A program made the position numbers and the translations under genes. A stretch of DNA of 64,000 bases from the human T2T-CHM13v2.0 reference genome, Homo sapiens, in NCBI RefSeq assembly GCF_009914755.1, contig NC_060942.1, one strand, 5' to 3'. Below the pieces are notes generated by a model. The model made no database searches. It was not told where the DNA came from and was given only the letters and a program-made list of their open reading frames with translations. How positions within the stretch are numbered: position 1 is the first letter of the stretch; each line of letters starts with the position of its first letter. Positions 11,871-26,774 of the stretch are shown here, piece by piece.

Positions 11871-14069
11871 ATACAAAAAATCACTATCTCAAACATATCA
11901 GACATCCATAAATATAGTAAGCCTTGGAAAATTTAAGTGTATCCAATGACTTAATGTGTAGCTCTAGTGAAGCTAATAACATTAAAGATGACCAAGAGTA
12001 GTTTAAATAAAATTCTTTCACGTAATTGAGAGTGGAAAACTGCAATATCACCAGATAAACACATTTTAAATATGTAACATTAAAAAAGCATATAATACTA
12101 AGTTTTAATTAAACTGTTTTAAGTAGACTTTTGAATATTTATGTTACAGCCCCCAAATCTTGCATTTAATTATTTAAATTGGGCAAAATATTTCATTTGG
12201 CTCTTTTTTTAATTGGAAAAACAAGGGACTTTGATCAAATTCAGATTTGTCTAATAACAGTGTATATGGTATCTCCCGCTTCCCTTTCTGTGGAGTTTAG
12301 CCCTTATACTGAGGCAATCTAGTTAGCAGAAAAGTCAAGCTTTCTGAATCTGAGTAACTTATCTAATCAAATAAGTTTCAGTTTCCTCAGTATAAAGTTT
12401 AATTATACTGTATATGTGAACTAAATGGTCTTTTTTTTTCTTGGCACTTAATGTATTCTCAATTAATATTAATTTCTTTCTATATCTCTTATACTATTTA
12501 CATTCAATTTTTTGCTTTCTATCAGCATCAATATCCGAGAAATGCTATAGAGATTTTTGAGGGAAAAAAACTTTTTTTTTGCCTTCCTGGCAATCCAAAT
12601 GGTGCAAAATATAAAGCTAACATCAAAGTGGGCAATTGGCAAACGTTTGGTGGCAGATTGACCTAGTGGATGTCATTCCGAATTTTATTATTTCATTGGC
12701 CCATTCAGTACATGTTCTCCTTTTTTGTTGTAAGTATCCCATCCTGAATATTTGACTACTTCAGAAAGTACAAGGTAGGCAGAATAGATTTATGTTTTAA
12801 TAAATTAAATTTATTTTATTTATATTATGTCTTAGGGCCTTGAAGTACAGTGCAATAATGCAGTTACCATCCCTTTTTAGGAATGTATCTTTGCCAAAAT
12901 CCTTACCAGCCTGCCCACAGCATCAAACACACAACACCTCTTAACACAGAGCTATTTCAAATTAAAGTAAAACGCAGTTCAATGCTATAAATGGAGAGAC
13001 ACAGACACACGGACACACACCACATGCACTCTCACACAGAGTAGAAAAAGCCATGCCTGTTGAAACGCATCAATTTTATAAATTAGGTAGCCTACTACCG
13101 CATAGTTGAACTATAATTAGGTTCTTAATTCTGTTCTTACACCAGAACATTGTCTAATACTTTTATTGAAATAACTAGGCTTCTTCTATCAGCAAGATTT
13201 TCTTAAAGAACATCTGATCATTTAAATTTATTAAGACACAGCAGCAATGCCCTTTAACAGCCATGAAGATTGATTGGTATTTTCATTAAAACTGTTACCT
13301 TTTAAAGAAGCTATATGAAGTACTGATGACATTTCCCAGTATGAGTGCCCAAATCCTCTGTCTAATTGTGTATCTATTATATGGCCAGATATAAAGATCC
13401 AATGAGTTCTGTATAGAAATTATAACTAGATTCAAAGAGCAAGTAGGCTACCAGACAGGCAAGACATATACAAGTGAAAAACAAAAAGCAGCTACAACAC
13501 AAAGAAATTCATGATAAAGGTTTAAGAATGACACATATTATTCATGGGCTTCAGAGGATGGAGACTATCTTGTTCAATTGGGTTGATCAGAAAAGCCTCA
13601 GGGACCAGACAGCCTCTTAGTAGGAATGAGAAGCGCATGTTAGATTCCCAAGAAGCAGTGTCAAAAACAACAAACTCTGTGGGTCTGTACTTATGCCGGT
13701 TTCCTGCCAACAACATATCTGATTTCTGTTGTGCCTGGGAGTCACACAAGGGCTTTACCCATATTTTTAAAAAGGAAGACTCGTGTTTAGAGAGATGTCT
13801 CTTATTCAGACAGAGATGCTAACATTTCACCTTCCAATGCAATGGTAGAATAATCCTATGTGAATGACTCTAAACGTCTACATTCACGTTCACACACTTT
13901 CAGGTCACAGGCAGGATGAAACTCTTAAAATGTTTTCTGTGGAGCATAAAAACATGTTTATACATGCTTTCCTTTTGCTTGTCTTGGGGATATTTTAGAG
14001 CAATTCAAGCAACACTAATCCTTGCACACTTTTAGATTCTGAAATGATCTTTTTTTTCCCTGCTACCAT

Positions 14070-14695
14070 ATTCCCACTCCTAGTCAAGGGCACAGCAAAT
14101 TATCCTCTATCTGAGTCAGAAAAGTAAAGCTCACCCTAGATTCCTGACTTGCCACTAATATTCAACGAATCAGAAAGTCCTCTTTCTTCCAACTTCCGAG
14201 TATCTACAATTCTATTCTTTATCATTATTTAGGTCAGATCTCCCCCATGTCTAGTCCTACCTAATTTGCACCACTTTCCTCCTTGCGTGTTGTACTCCAG
14301 ACTCACTGAAATACCTTTTATTTTCTCAGGGTTTGTCTATGTCCTTTGTACTTTGTCCACAGTGATCCCTCTGCTAGAATGACCAACAGTCCCCCAGGCT
14401 TTTGAGCATGGGTCTTCTTTTCCAGAAATTTTTCGGCAGTTTTTCTCCCTTGTTGGATTGTGTGTCTATTCTTTGGGTTCCTTTGGAGTCCCTGCTGTAT
14501 TATATCATATCACTAACCATAATATGAAGTAATTGCTTATATATGTCTCTGCTTTCTTTGAGAGATCCTAATCTCCTTAAGAGAAGTAATTACCACCACC
14601 CCCTGAACAGAAAGTTCTGTGCAGAAACTCTTTCAGACTCCCTATTCCTCTCATAGTGCATGACACATATGAGGTACTCAACAACTATTTAGAGG
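14070..14695 (+). mobile_element. L2 relic
   Basis: L2 3' features ending in 'catagtgcatgacacatatgaggtactcaacaactattt'. Confidence 0.6.
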
Positions 14696-14925
14696 AGACA
14701 ATAATATTTTAACCAATGTTTTCAAACCAGAGGGACCCCAATAGTGTACTTTCTGATAACATGAACTCTGGCCTTAAAAGAGAAAAATTAGGAATAGTCA
14801 ACATTGAATTTCATCTGATTATATTTTATTGTAATTTTTAATGCATAAGTATTTAATATTCCCCAAATACACCGTGAATGGCTCCTCCCAGATTAAGAAT
14901 TCTATCTATTAGGGAAGATGACATT

Positions 14926-17483
14926 TGCTATGGCTTGGATGTGGTTTGTCCCCATTAAAACTCATGTTGAAGTTTAATGGCCAGTGAAGCAGTGTTGGGG
15001 AGTATGGTCTAATGGGAGGTGTCTAGCTCACAGAAGCTGATCCCTCATGAATAGGTTAATGCCTTCCCATAAAAGTTAGTGAATTTTCACTCTTATGAGA
15101 CTAAATTAGTTACCAGAGGTCGGGTTGTGATAAAAATGAGTTTGGCTTCCTAGACATTCTCTTATTTCCCCTCTCACCATGGGATCTCTCTGCACATGCC
15201 TGCCTACTCTTCTGCTTCTCTGCCATGTTTCAACCCAGCACATGGTTCTCTCCAGAAGCTGGACAGATGAGATGCTATGCTTTTGAACTCCCAGCCTGTA
15301 GCTGTGAGCCTGTAGCTCACAAATTGTGAGCTAAATAAATCTCTTTTCTTTGTAAATTACACAGCTTAAGTATTCTGTTATAGCAACACAAAACAGACTA
15401 AGAGGGAAAATTCATACTGAGGAGTGGGATGCTGCTATAAAGATACTATAAAGCAGCTTTGGAATTGGTTAAGGAGTAGTGACTGGAAAAATTTGGAGCA
15501 GACTACAAAAAGCCTGAATTGCCATAAATACAACATTAAGGGTGATTGTGGTGAGAGTTCAGAGAAAGACAACAAAGTGAGGAAAAGTTTAGAACTTCTT
15601 AGAAATTGGTTAAGTGGTTGTGACCAAAATGCTGCTAGAATTATAGATGATAAAATAGAAATTAAAATAAATTAAATATTTAAAAAATAATAAAGAAATA
15701 TAAATCGTGAAGGCTGTTTTAATGAAGTCTCTTCATGGAAATGAATAAAAAACTTATTGGGAACTGAAGGAAAGTTCATCCTTTTTAACTATGGGAAAGA
15801 ATTTGGCTGCATTTTGTCTATGCTCTAGGGGTTTGTGGAAGGCTGAACTTAAGGGTAATGAAATAGTGCATCTGGTGGAAGAAGTTTTGAAGCAAGAAAG
15901 CGCTCAGGCTGCTGCATTGTTACCTCTAACTACTTACAGCGAGCTTCTAGAGAAAAAGGAAATAGAGCAAAAAGATTTGGAAAATTTGCAATCTGGCTAT
16001 CTGATAGGGAATAAAAGACTATTTTCAGAGAGAAACCCAAGGGTGCAGCCAAACAGACTGCTTACTCTTAGTAACATTATCATATATAAAAGGGAACCAG
16101 GTGCTATGCATCAGAACAATGAAAAAAGGCCCTGAAGGCCCTGAAGGCATTTCAAAATTCTTCGAGGCCACCCCTCCCATCACAGGCTTAGAGGACTAGG
16201 AGGACAAAACACTTTTGGGGAACAGGCCCAGATTGCTGCTGTCCTGCCCCACCTTGGAACACTGTTCCCTGGAGCAGCCATGGTTCAAACGGTCCCAGGT
16301 ATGACTTGTACTACCACTCTAGAGAGTGTAAACCATAAGTCTTGGTGGTTTTCACATGGTGTTAAGTCTGCACATGCACAGAATTCAAGAGCTATGGAGG
16401 CTTGGTGGCTTCCACCCAGATTTCAGAAGGTGTACTAAAAATCCCGGAAGCCCAGGCAAAAACCTGTCACAGGGCCAGAGCCACCACAGAGCCATAAGCC
16501 TAGTGGAGCTATTGAAGACGGGCTGCTGCCATGATACCAGAACTGTAAAACTACCAGGATATAATTCTAGCCTGAAAAAGCCACAGGCACAGAACTCTAA
16601 CCTGTGAGTAATCACATGGGCTGCACCCAGCAAAGCTATGGGTATGGGACTCCCTGAGGGCTTGGACATCTGCCCCTTGCTCCAGTATGTCCTGGAGACA
16701 GCACATGGAATGAAAGCTCTATGCTAGAGCTTTAAAATTTAATGTCTGCCCTGCTGGGTTTCAGATTTGTGTGTGGTCTATTACTCCTTCCTTTGGACAA
16801 ATTTCTTTTTTGGGAAATAGAAGTAGTTACCCTATGACTGTACAACTATTATACTTTGGAAGTAAATAATTTGTTTTTGATTTTACAGGCTTACACATGG
16901 ACTTTGGACTTTTGAGTTGATGCTGGAATGAGTTAACACTTTTGTGACTATTGGGATAGAATGATTATATTTTTATACCCAAGAAAGCAAGAAAGGCATA
17001 AGTTTTAGAGGGCCAGGAGCAGAATGCTATGGTTTGGATGTGGTTTGTCCTCACAAAAACTCATGCTGCAGCTTAATTGCCAGTCTGGCAATGTTGAGAG
17101 GTAGGTCCTAGTGCAAAATATTTGCGTCATGGGAACAGATGTCTCATGAATAGATGAATGCCCTCCCATGGGAGTGAATGAATCCTTGCTCTCACAGACG
17201 TATTAGTTACTAGAGAGCAAGTTGATATAAAAGTGAGCTTCACTTTCTTTACTCTTTCTTGCTTCCTTTATTGCCACGTGATCTCTTTGCACACACTCAC
17301 TCACTTTTCCACTTCTCTGCTGTGTTTTGATCCAGCATGTAGCCCTCCCCAGAAACAAGTCAGATGTGGTGCTATGTTCTTGGACTTCCCAGCATACAAA
17401 ATCATGAGCTAAATAAACCTCTTTTCTTTGTCAGTTACCCAGCCTCAGGTGTTGTGTGACAGCAAAACAAAACAAAGATAACA
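14926..17483 (+). mobile_element. Full-structure MST (MaLR) element: 5' LTR about 14926-15405, MST-int, 3' LTR 17025-17483
   Basis: Both LTRs start tgctatgg(c/t)ttggatgtggtttgtcc and carry 'gagctaaataaa'; purine tract 'gagggccaggagcagaa' precedes the 3' LTR; ORF 15791-16135 (LWKAELKGNEIVHLVEEVLKQ) resembles the MaLR internal ORF. Confidence 0.92.
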
Positions 17484-19299
17484 TCCATTAAATGTATTAA
17501 ATGAATTCCCACTCAGTGTGAAATCCAAGAAATATAATTCCATTCACTTTTATCTATTTTTCCTGTTGGTTTACTTCTTTGGGTTCTTACAAGCAAAAAA
17601 CAAAAAACCTAGCCAACTATTTGTATAAATTTAACAGATAGCATTAAATTCACTTAAAAAAATAGACCAATTTAGAATAAGGTCAATATAAGTGAAGGTC
17701 AGCTACAGTTTGGAATGAAGTCAAGGGTTGATGCCACCTCACACATTCATTTAAATAATTCTAGATGCACAGTCTAGCTGTGGAGTCTGCAGAGAACTAA
17801 TCTCTACCTCCTGAGGAGAAAGAATGTGGACATAGGCCATTCAAGGACATGAATAAAAGTTAACAGACTTTGTTCCACCAGAAAACTGGTGAAATCTGGG
17901 TCTTTGGGCATGATTCCTAGAGAAAAAAACTAAAAACTAAAGTTAAATCTCAGATTCATCACTTATTAACCATTTTATATTTATGAGGCTTAATCTGGGA
18001 ATAATAAAAAGATAAATTTCATGGGAAAAAGATGCAAAAGAGAATGTATATGAAAGCACATTTAACATTAAATGCTATTATAAAATTGTATGAAATTATA
18101 TAATATACATTTTTTGTATAATTGTATTCCATAACATAATAACGTGCAAATATAAAACCATCCTCAATAGAGTTTGTTTTTCTAGTACCTAAGATATATT
18201 TATATTTTCTATTTACTTCATGGCAGGAATTAGCCACTATCAGTTACTAGATAATACACTGAACAATTAGGAATTTTGAATTCTATTGTAACCATTAGCA
18301 GACAACCATGTTATGTTAAACAAGCCACTCAACCTAAGATTATGTCTCCAGGTATCAAACAAGTTTGTCCCCAGCTCTAATATTTTAAAAAGCTCTATGT
18401 TTATTTCTGAGATTTTACTATTTTTTCTCTTCTACTTTTCATTTAATTTTAAGACAAATCTAATACAGGAAGTAAGTTAGAACAAAAGATGAAGACTTAA
18501 GGGAGAGTGACTTTGAAAATGGATTATTTCTTAAAAATACAAATTATAAAATTATGGGTCACAGAAAAATTAGTTTCCACTCCACTTCTCTCAAGCACAT
18601 AAAAGCACTTACCAGCATAACAGTTGCAACAGCTCAACGGTGCCCTGGAAAAGAAGAATTAGAGAAATGAGTCATTCTTAATGATTTTTGCCAAGGAAAT
18701 ATTCAAAATGTAGCTAGATAGGGCAAGATGAGAAAAAATTTCCTTGGTTGGAAAGTTTTCAGTGGCCTAGAAAAAAAAACACCCTTAAAACTCCATAAAT
18801 ACCAGTTAATTGGGGAAAAAATTATCATCTAATATTAAATGCTCATTAGCAAATAACAACAAAACACACACAGAGATACACATACATGCAAAAACAGTTA
18901 CTAAAATAAATTCACATATCAAATGCCCCATAAGTACAAGGTACTGGGGGTAACATTAAGAGCTCTAAGATAACTCCTCGTCTCAACAAATATATAATCT
19001 AGGTGAAAAGAAAGACATACACAGATGTTCTGAATCAGTTAGGAGGACCATGACATCTTTCATCATCACTTGTCTTGATTCTGAACCTCTGACTTATATA
19101 TGGCAGATACATACTTCCTAGATCTTTATTATCCCAGAATTGTCTCCTTCACCTTCTTGAAGTGGGTGTGCAGCTAAAGTGAGCTTACCTAGCCATCAGA
19201 GTCTCCATGGAATTCTCTGCGTATTTCAATATGGTCTGCATGTGACTTATTTCTGTACACTCTTACGATTCCTACCTTTGGACAAGAAACTGGGTCATG

Positions 19300-19900
19300 G
19301 GAGCAAGAGGGAGTTGGAGGAAAGAAAAGAAATCGGTACTGATTATCTACTTGTTGCCCTTTTCTTTGACATTGTCTTGTTTCTCTGACCACAGTCTTGT
19401 TCTGCCAGATTTGTTTCATTTTCTGCATGACTTCATCTGGATGGGCATTTCAAGCTGTGATTTCCAAGTTTGATCGTTCATTGTAGACCCTGTTATCACT
19501 GAAAAAGAGGCTTTAAAGTTCAAAGTAAGCTAGAATGAGCAATGTCTTAAAAGTTTGTATCTTTCTGATCCTTCTCTTCTGTTGGCTGCTTCAAAGAATG
19601 TCAAATTATTGTACATTGTGTAGCAAATATCTCCAATGGGTATTCTTTAAAAATGCACTCAGAAAACCAGTCTTCCAGCTCAAAGGTTTGATGGTGAAAC
19701 CCCTTGTTATTAATGTAAAAAACTTGTTCTGTGAGCAGAACTTCAGCAGCCACAATTCTCCCACATAGTTCCCAGCTCATTGTTCTTGTCCTCAAATAGT
19801 GACTGAGGTGATCTGAATAGTTCCAGATTATTTGAAGTAACAATTGAACTCTGTTATCCACATGCACTGCATTCCTCACCACCCTCGGACACCAAAATGC
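19300..19900 (-). mobile_element. Probable RTE-clade LINE (L4/MamRTE-like) reverse-transcriptase relic
   Basis: Minus-strand translations (QLLLQIIWNYSD..RT, FYIN...ELEDW, YNNLTFF, MQKMKQIWQNKTVVRET) are colinear with non-LTR RT motifs; matched by eye only. Confidence 0.45.
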
Positions 19901-20982
19901 CCCAAAGATGCTTTTGTACACCCTCCCTATTCAATCCTAGGCATGTTGTTAAAGCAAATGAAACAATTAAATCTTCTTTAACAAAGCATAGATATTCACC
20001 AGTTCTTACTCTTCCAGAATTCTAACCACAATCCATTCTTGTGTGAATGTCAGTTTCTATGGATCTGAGTTAAATAGATAATTGCTCAATTTCTACAAAA
20101 ATATTTTTATCTAATCTAGTGGCATGATTATTTTTTACCTTCTTAGAACTCAAAAAAGAGTTTTGAAAATACACATAAAAAGGGAGCCCCCACCCCAGCC
20201 AAGGGAGGCGGTGACTGATTGTGCGACCTTGCCCGGGAAACCATGCTTTTCCTACAGATCTTTGCAACCCGTGGATCAGGAGATGCCCTAGTGACCCCAT
20301 GTTACCAAGGACTTGGGTCCGAAGCATAGAGCTGTGTGGATTCTTGGCGGCCACTCAGGCATGCGTGGAGACCCAGGAGGTTTTGCATACTCCAGCCCTG
20401 GGAATTCCAGTGAGATAGGAGATCCTCTGTGCATTCCCCTTGGAAGGGGGCTGAAGCCAGGGAGCCAAGCGGTGTCATTCTGTGGGCCCCACTCCCATGG
20501 CACCTCTGGCACCTCACAAGTTAAAGACCCATTGGCCAGCCAGCTAGTGGCAGCAGACTGGAGACTGCCTGAAATGAGTTATCTGGGAGAGGGACAGCTG
20601 CCATTTCTGCGGCTCAAGTCAGCTGTTTTGGCCTGCCAGCTCCAGGGAGTCTGGGCAGTCCGGACTGGGAGGAATTTCCCATGGCACAGCACAGCTGCTG
20701 TGGCAGATCATGGCAAGACTGCTTCTTTAAGTGGGACCCCAATCCATCTCTCCTCACCAGGCCGGGGGAGAACTTCCCTATGGGAAGTTCAGCAATTCCA
20801 GCCAGGGTGTTAGGGACAGAACTCTGATCTCTCCCTGGGATGGAGCCACTGAAGGGAGGGGGGCAAACACCATATTTGCAGTTCAGCCTGCTGGCTTTGG
20901 AATGTCCAGGCAGCTTGGATGAAGAAAGTTCCCCTCAGCGCAGCACACCTGCTCTGCCAAGAGGCAGCCAGACTGCTTCTTT

Positions 20983-21298
<316 letters not shown>

Positions 21299-22940
21299 TA
21301 AGCAAGTCCCTGATCCTTTTCTTCCTGACTGGGTGAGACTTCCCAGTAGGAGTCTCCAGACACCTACAAGGAGCCTTGGGGCCGGCATCAGGTCGGTGCT
21401 CCCCTGGGATGGAGCCCCCAGAGGAAGGAGCAGGCTGCCATATTTGCTGTTTTGTAGCCTTCACTGGTGATATCTCCAGGTATGGGAGAGCATGAGGTGA
21501 CTAGGGTCTGGAGTGGAACCCCAGCAAACTGCAGCAGCCCTATGGAAGACGGGACAAACTGAAAAACAACAACAACAACAACAAAACAGAAAGCAACAAT
21601 AACATCAACAAAAAGACCCCACAAAAACCCCATTCAAAAGTCAGCAACCTCAAAGATCAAAAGTAGATAAGCTGACAAAGATGATAAAGAACTAATACAA
21701 AAATGCTGAAAACTCAAAAAGCCAAAGTGTCTCTTCTCCTCCAAATGACTGCAACACCTCTCCAGCAAGGACACAGAACTGTGCTGAGGCTGAGATGGAT
21801 GAATTGACAGAACTAGGCTTCAGAAGGTGGGTATAATGAGCTTCGCTGAGCTAAGGAGCATGTTGTAACCCAATGCAAAGAAGCTAAGAATCATGATAAA
21901 ACATTATATGAGCTGATAACCAGAATAACCAGTTAAAGAGGAACATAAATGACCTGATGGAGCTGAAAAACACAACATGAGTACTTCACAATGCGATCAC
22001 AAGTATCAATAGCCAAACAGACCAAGTGGAGGAAAGAATCTCAGACCTTTAAGACTATATTTATGAAACAAGACAGGCAGATGAGAGTACAGAAAATAGA
22101 ATGAAAAGGAATGAACAGAACCTCTGAGATATACAGGGTTATGTAAAAAGACTGAACCTATGACTGACTAGGGTCCCTGAAAGAGACAGGGAGAACAGAA
22201 ACAAGTTGTAAAACATACTTCAGGATATCATCCAGGAGAACTTCCCCAATCTAGCTAGACAGACCAACATTCAAATTCAGGAAAGGCATAGAACCTCGGT
22301 AAGATAGTACATGAGAAGATCAACCCCAAGACACATAAAAATCAGATTCTCCAAGGTCAAAATGAAAGAAAAATTTTCAAGGCAGCCACAGAGAAAGGCC
22401 AGGTGACCTACAGAGGAAAGACCATCAGACTAATAGCGCATCTTTCATTGGAAATCCTACAAGCCTGAAGAGATGGGAGGCCAATATTCAATATTCTAAA
22501 GAAAAAAAATTCCAACCCAGAATTTCACATCTGGCCAAACTAAGCTTCATAAGTGAAGGAGAAATAAAATCCTTTTCAGACAAGCAAATGGGGAGGGAAC
22601 TCGTTACCACCAGCCCTGCCTTGCAAGAGCTCCTGAAGGAAGAACTAAATATGTAAAGGAAAAGCCATTACCAGCCACTAGGAAAACACACTGAAGTACA
22701 CAGACCAGTGACACTATGAAGCAACATAAACACGTTTGCAAAATAACCAGCTGATATCATGATGACAGGATCAAATTCACAAAAGACAATATTAATCTTA
22801 AATGTAAATGGACTAAATGCCCCACTAAAAAGACACAGAATGGCAAGCTGGATACAGAGTCAACCTCCATTGGTGTGGTGTCTTCAAGAGACCCATAACA
22901 CGTCAAAGACACACATAGGCTCAAAATAAATAGATGAAGG

Positions 22941-23264
<324 letters not shown>

Positions 23265-26200
23265 TTATAATCTTAGTTTCTGACAAAACAGACTTTAAGC
23301 CAACAAAGTTCAAAAAAGACAAAGGGCATTAAATAACGGTAAAGGGTTCAATTCACTGAGAAGTGCTAACTATCCTAAATATAAATGACCCCAATACAGG
23401 AGCATCCATATTTACAAAGCAAGTTCTCAGAGACCTAAAAAGAGACTTAGACTCCAGCACAATGATGATGGAAAATCTAAATGCCCATTAACAATATTAG
23501 ACGGATCATGGAGACAGAAAATTAACAAAGGTATTCAGGACCTGAACTCACCTCTGGATCAAATAGACCTGATAGATACCTACAGAACTCTCCACCCCAA
23601 AACAACAGAATATACATTCTTCTCATCGCCACATGGCACTTACTGTAAAACTGATCACATAATTGGAAGTAAAACATTCCTCAGCAAAAGAACTGAAATC
23701 ATAACAAACTGTCTCTCAGATCACAGAGCAGTCAAATTAAAACTCAAGATTAAGAAACACACCCAAAACCACACAACTACATGGAAATTGAACAACCTGC
23801 TCCTGAGTGACTCCTGGGTAAATAATGAAATTAAGGCAGAAATCAAGAAGTTCTTTGAAACCAATGAGAACAAAGAGACAATGTATTAGAATCTCTGGGA
23901 CAAAGCTAAAGAAATGTTAAGAGGAAAATTTATAGCACTAAATGCCCACATCAAAAAGCTAAAAAGATCTCAAATTTACAACTTAACATCACAACTAAAA
24001 GAATGAGAGAACCAAAAGCAAACAAATGTCAAAGTTACCAGAAGACAAGACATAACCAACATCAGAGCAGAACTGAAGGAGACAGAGACACGCAAAAAAC
24101 TTCAAAGAAATCAACAAATCCAGAAGCTGTTTTTTTCTGAAAAAAAATTAATAAAATAGATAGACTGCTAGCTAGATTAATGAAGAAGAAAAGAGAGAAG
24201 AATCAAATAGACATAATCAGAAATGATAAGGGCGATATCACCACTGACCCCACATAAATATAAACAACAATCAAAGAATACTTTAAACACCTCTATGCAT
24301 GTAAACTAGAAAATCTAGAAGAAACAGATAAATTCCTAGATACATACACTCTCCCAAGACTGAACCAGGAAAAACTCTGGTCTGTATGTGCCTTATTTCC
24401 CTAAATGGACCAATAATGAGTTCTGTAATTAAGGCAGCAATAAGTAGCCTACCAACCAAAAAAACAAAAAAAAAGCCAGAACCAGAAGGATTCACAGCTG
24501 AATTCTACCAGATGTACAAGGAAGAGCTGGTACCATTCCTATTGAAACTATTCCAAACAATTGAAAAGAAGGGACTCCTCCCTAACTCATTCTATGAGGC
24601 CAGCATCATCCTGATGCCAAAACCTGGCAGAGATACAACAAAAAAAGAAAACTTCAGACCAATATCCCTAATGAACATAGATGCAAAAATCCTCAATAAA
24701 ATACCAGCAAACTGAATCCAGCAGCACATCAAAATGCTTATCCACAATGATCAAGTTTGCTTCATCCCTGGGATGCAAGGTTGCTTCAACATAAACAAAT
24801 CAATAAATGTAATTCATCACATAAACATAACTAAAGAAAAAAATGAATAATTATCTCAATAGATGCAGAAAAGGCCTTTGATAAAATTAAACATCCTTCC
24901 ATGTTAAAACTCTCAATAAACTAGCTATTGAAGGAAAAGGACATAAATGGACACTTCTCAAAAAAGGACATTCATGCAGACAACATATGAAAAAAAGCTA
25001 ATTGTCATTGATCATTAGAGAAACGCAAATCAAAAACACAATAAGATACTATCTCATGCCAGTCAGAATGGCAATTATTAAAAAGGTCAGAAACAACAGA
25101 TGCTGGAGAGGTTGTGGAGAAAAATGAATGCTTTTACACTGTTGGTGAGAATGTAAATTAGTTCAATCATTGTGGAATACAATATGGCAATTCCTCAAAG
25201 ATTTAGAAGCAGAAATTCCATTTGACCCAGCAATCTCATTACTGGTATATACTCAAAAGACTACAAATCATTCTATTATAAAGATACATGCATGTGTATG
25301 TTTGTTGCATCACTATTCACAATAGCAAAGACATGGAATCAACCTAAATGCAGATAAATGATAGACTGGTTAAAGGAAATGAGGTATATATACATCATGG
25401 AATACTATGCAGCCATAAAAAGGAAGATCATATCCTTTGCAGGGAGATGGATAGAGCTCGAAGCTTTTATCCTCAGAAAACTAACACAGGAACAGATAAC
25501 CAAATAAAGCATGTTCTCAGTTATAAGTGGGAGCTGAACAATGAGAACACATGGACACATAGGGGGAAAAACACACAATGGTGCCTGTTGGGGTGGGGGA
25601 GAAAGAGCATCAGGAAGAATAGCTAATGGATTGTGGGCTTAATACCTAGGTGATGGGTTAATCTCTGCAGCAAACCACCATGGCACATGTTTACCTATAT
25701 GAGAAACCTGCACATCCTGCACATGTACTCCAGAAGGTAAAATAAAAGTTGATGAAGAAAAAAAAAGGAAAAAAAGTATAGGATATTTTGACGATTTGCT
25801 TTATAAATTTGTGTTGAAAATCCTTGATGTATATTCAATTTCTTCTCTTAGTAATGATATATGTAATTTGAATTTTAATAAATTAAGAATATATAAAAAG
25901 TAAAGTATTTAACTCTATAAGATTAAGATAATATTTTGTTTTACAAATTGCTTTACATTAAGTATTTAAAGTGTATTGCATTGAATATAATGTATCACCA
26001 ACTTAAGCATTCAACATCGTATTATTTTTGCGTATAAAGTTAAGTTTCCTGGTTGAAAAGGGAAAATATTTCACAAGTGCAGATAAACATATATAATCTG
26101 ATATAAGCAAAAGCAAATAAACAAAAATGAAAAGTAACAATGTGCCTAAAAGAGATACGCAAGAAACCTCATTAATTTGGACCCTACATATCTTAAACAT

Positions 26201-26342
26201 AGAATTATACAGACACTGACTAGATTGAAATTGGTCATTGCAGTATCTAACTACAAAGCCTTATATTTTTGAATGAAGCTAAAATAAAATTGCTAAAGTG
26301 GAGTGAAAATAGGTGCCTCCTTGAAAGTTAATGGTTTGAGTA

Positions 26343-26484
26343 CAGTTGGCCCTTGAACAATGCAGGGATTAGGGACAACAACCCTCCAACAGAGTCAAAA
26401 ACCCACATATAACTACTACTTGCCCACTATTGATCAGAAGACTTACCAATAACATAAATAGTTAACACATATTTTGTACATATA

Positions 26485-26516
<32 letters not shown>

Positions 26517-26774
26517 GTATTCTTATAATACAATAAGCTAGCAAAAAGAAAATGTCACTAAAAAAATCACAAAGAAGAAAAAGTATACTCTTCATTAAGT
26601 GGAGGTGGATCATCATAAAGGTCTTTTCCCTTTTCATCTTTACATTTAGTAGGCTGAGGAAGAGGAGGAAGGGGAGGAGTTAGCCTTGCTGTCTCAGAGG
26701 TGGCAGAGGCAGAATAAACTCCATATATGAGTGGACCCTTGTAGTTCAAACACATGTTGTTCAAAAGCCAACTG
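26343..26774 (-). mobile_element. Tigger2a (MER28) TcMar DNA transposon
   Basis: TIRs cagttggcccttgaacaa ... ttgttcaaaagccaactg with TA target duplication on both sides; internal (TG)n(TA)n. Confidence 0.9.

Noticed and set aside
24386-24715. 109-aa ORF with clear L1 ORF2p similarity
   Set aside because: Fragment of a dead ORF2 with stops, frameshifts, an Alu insertion and an RT deletion
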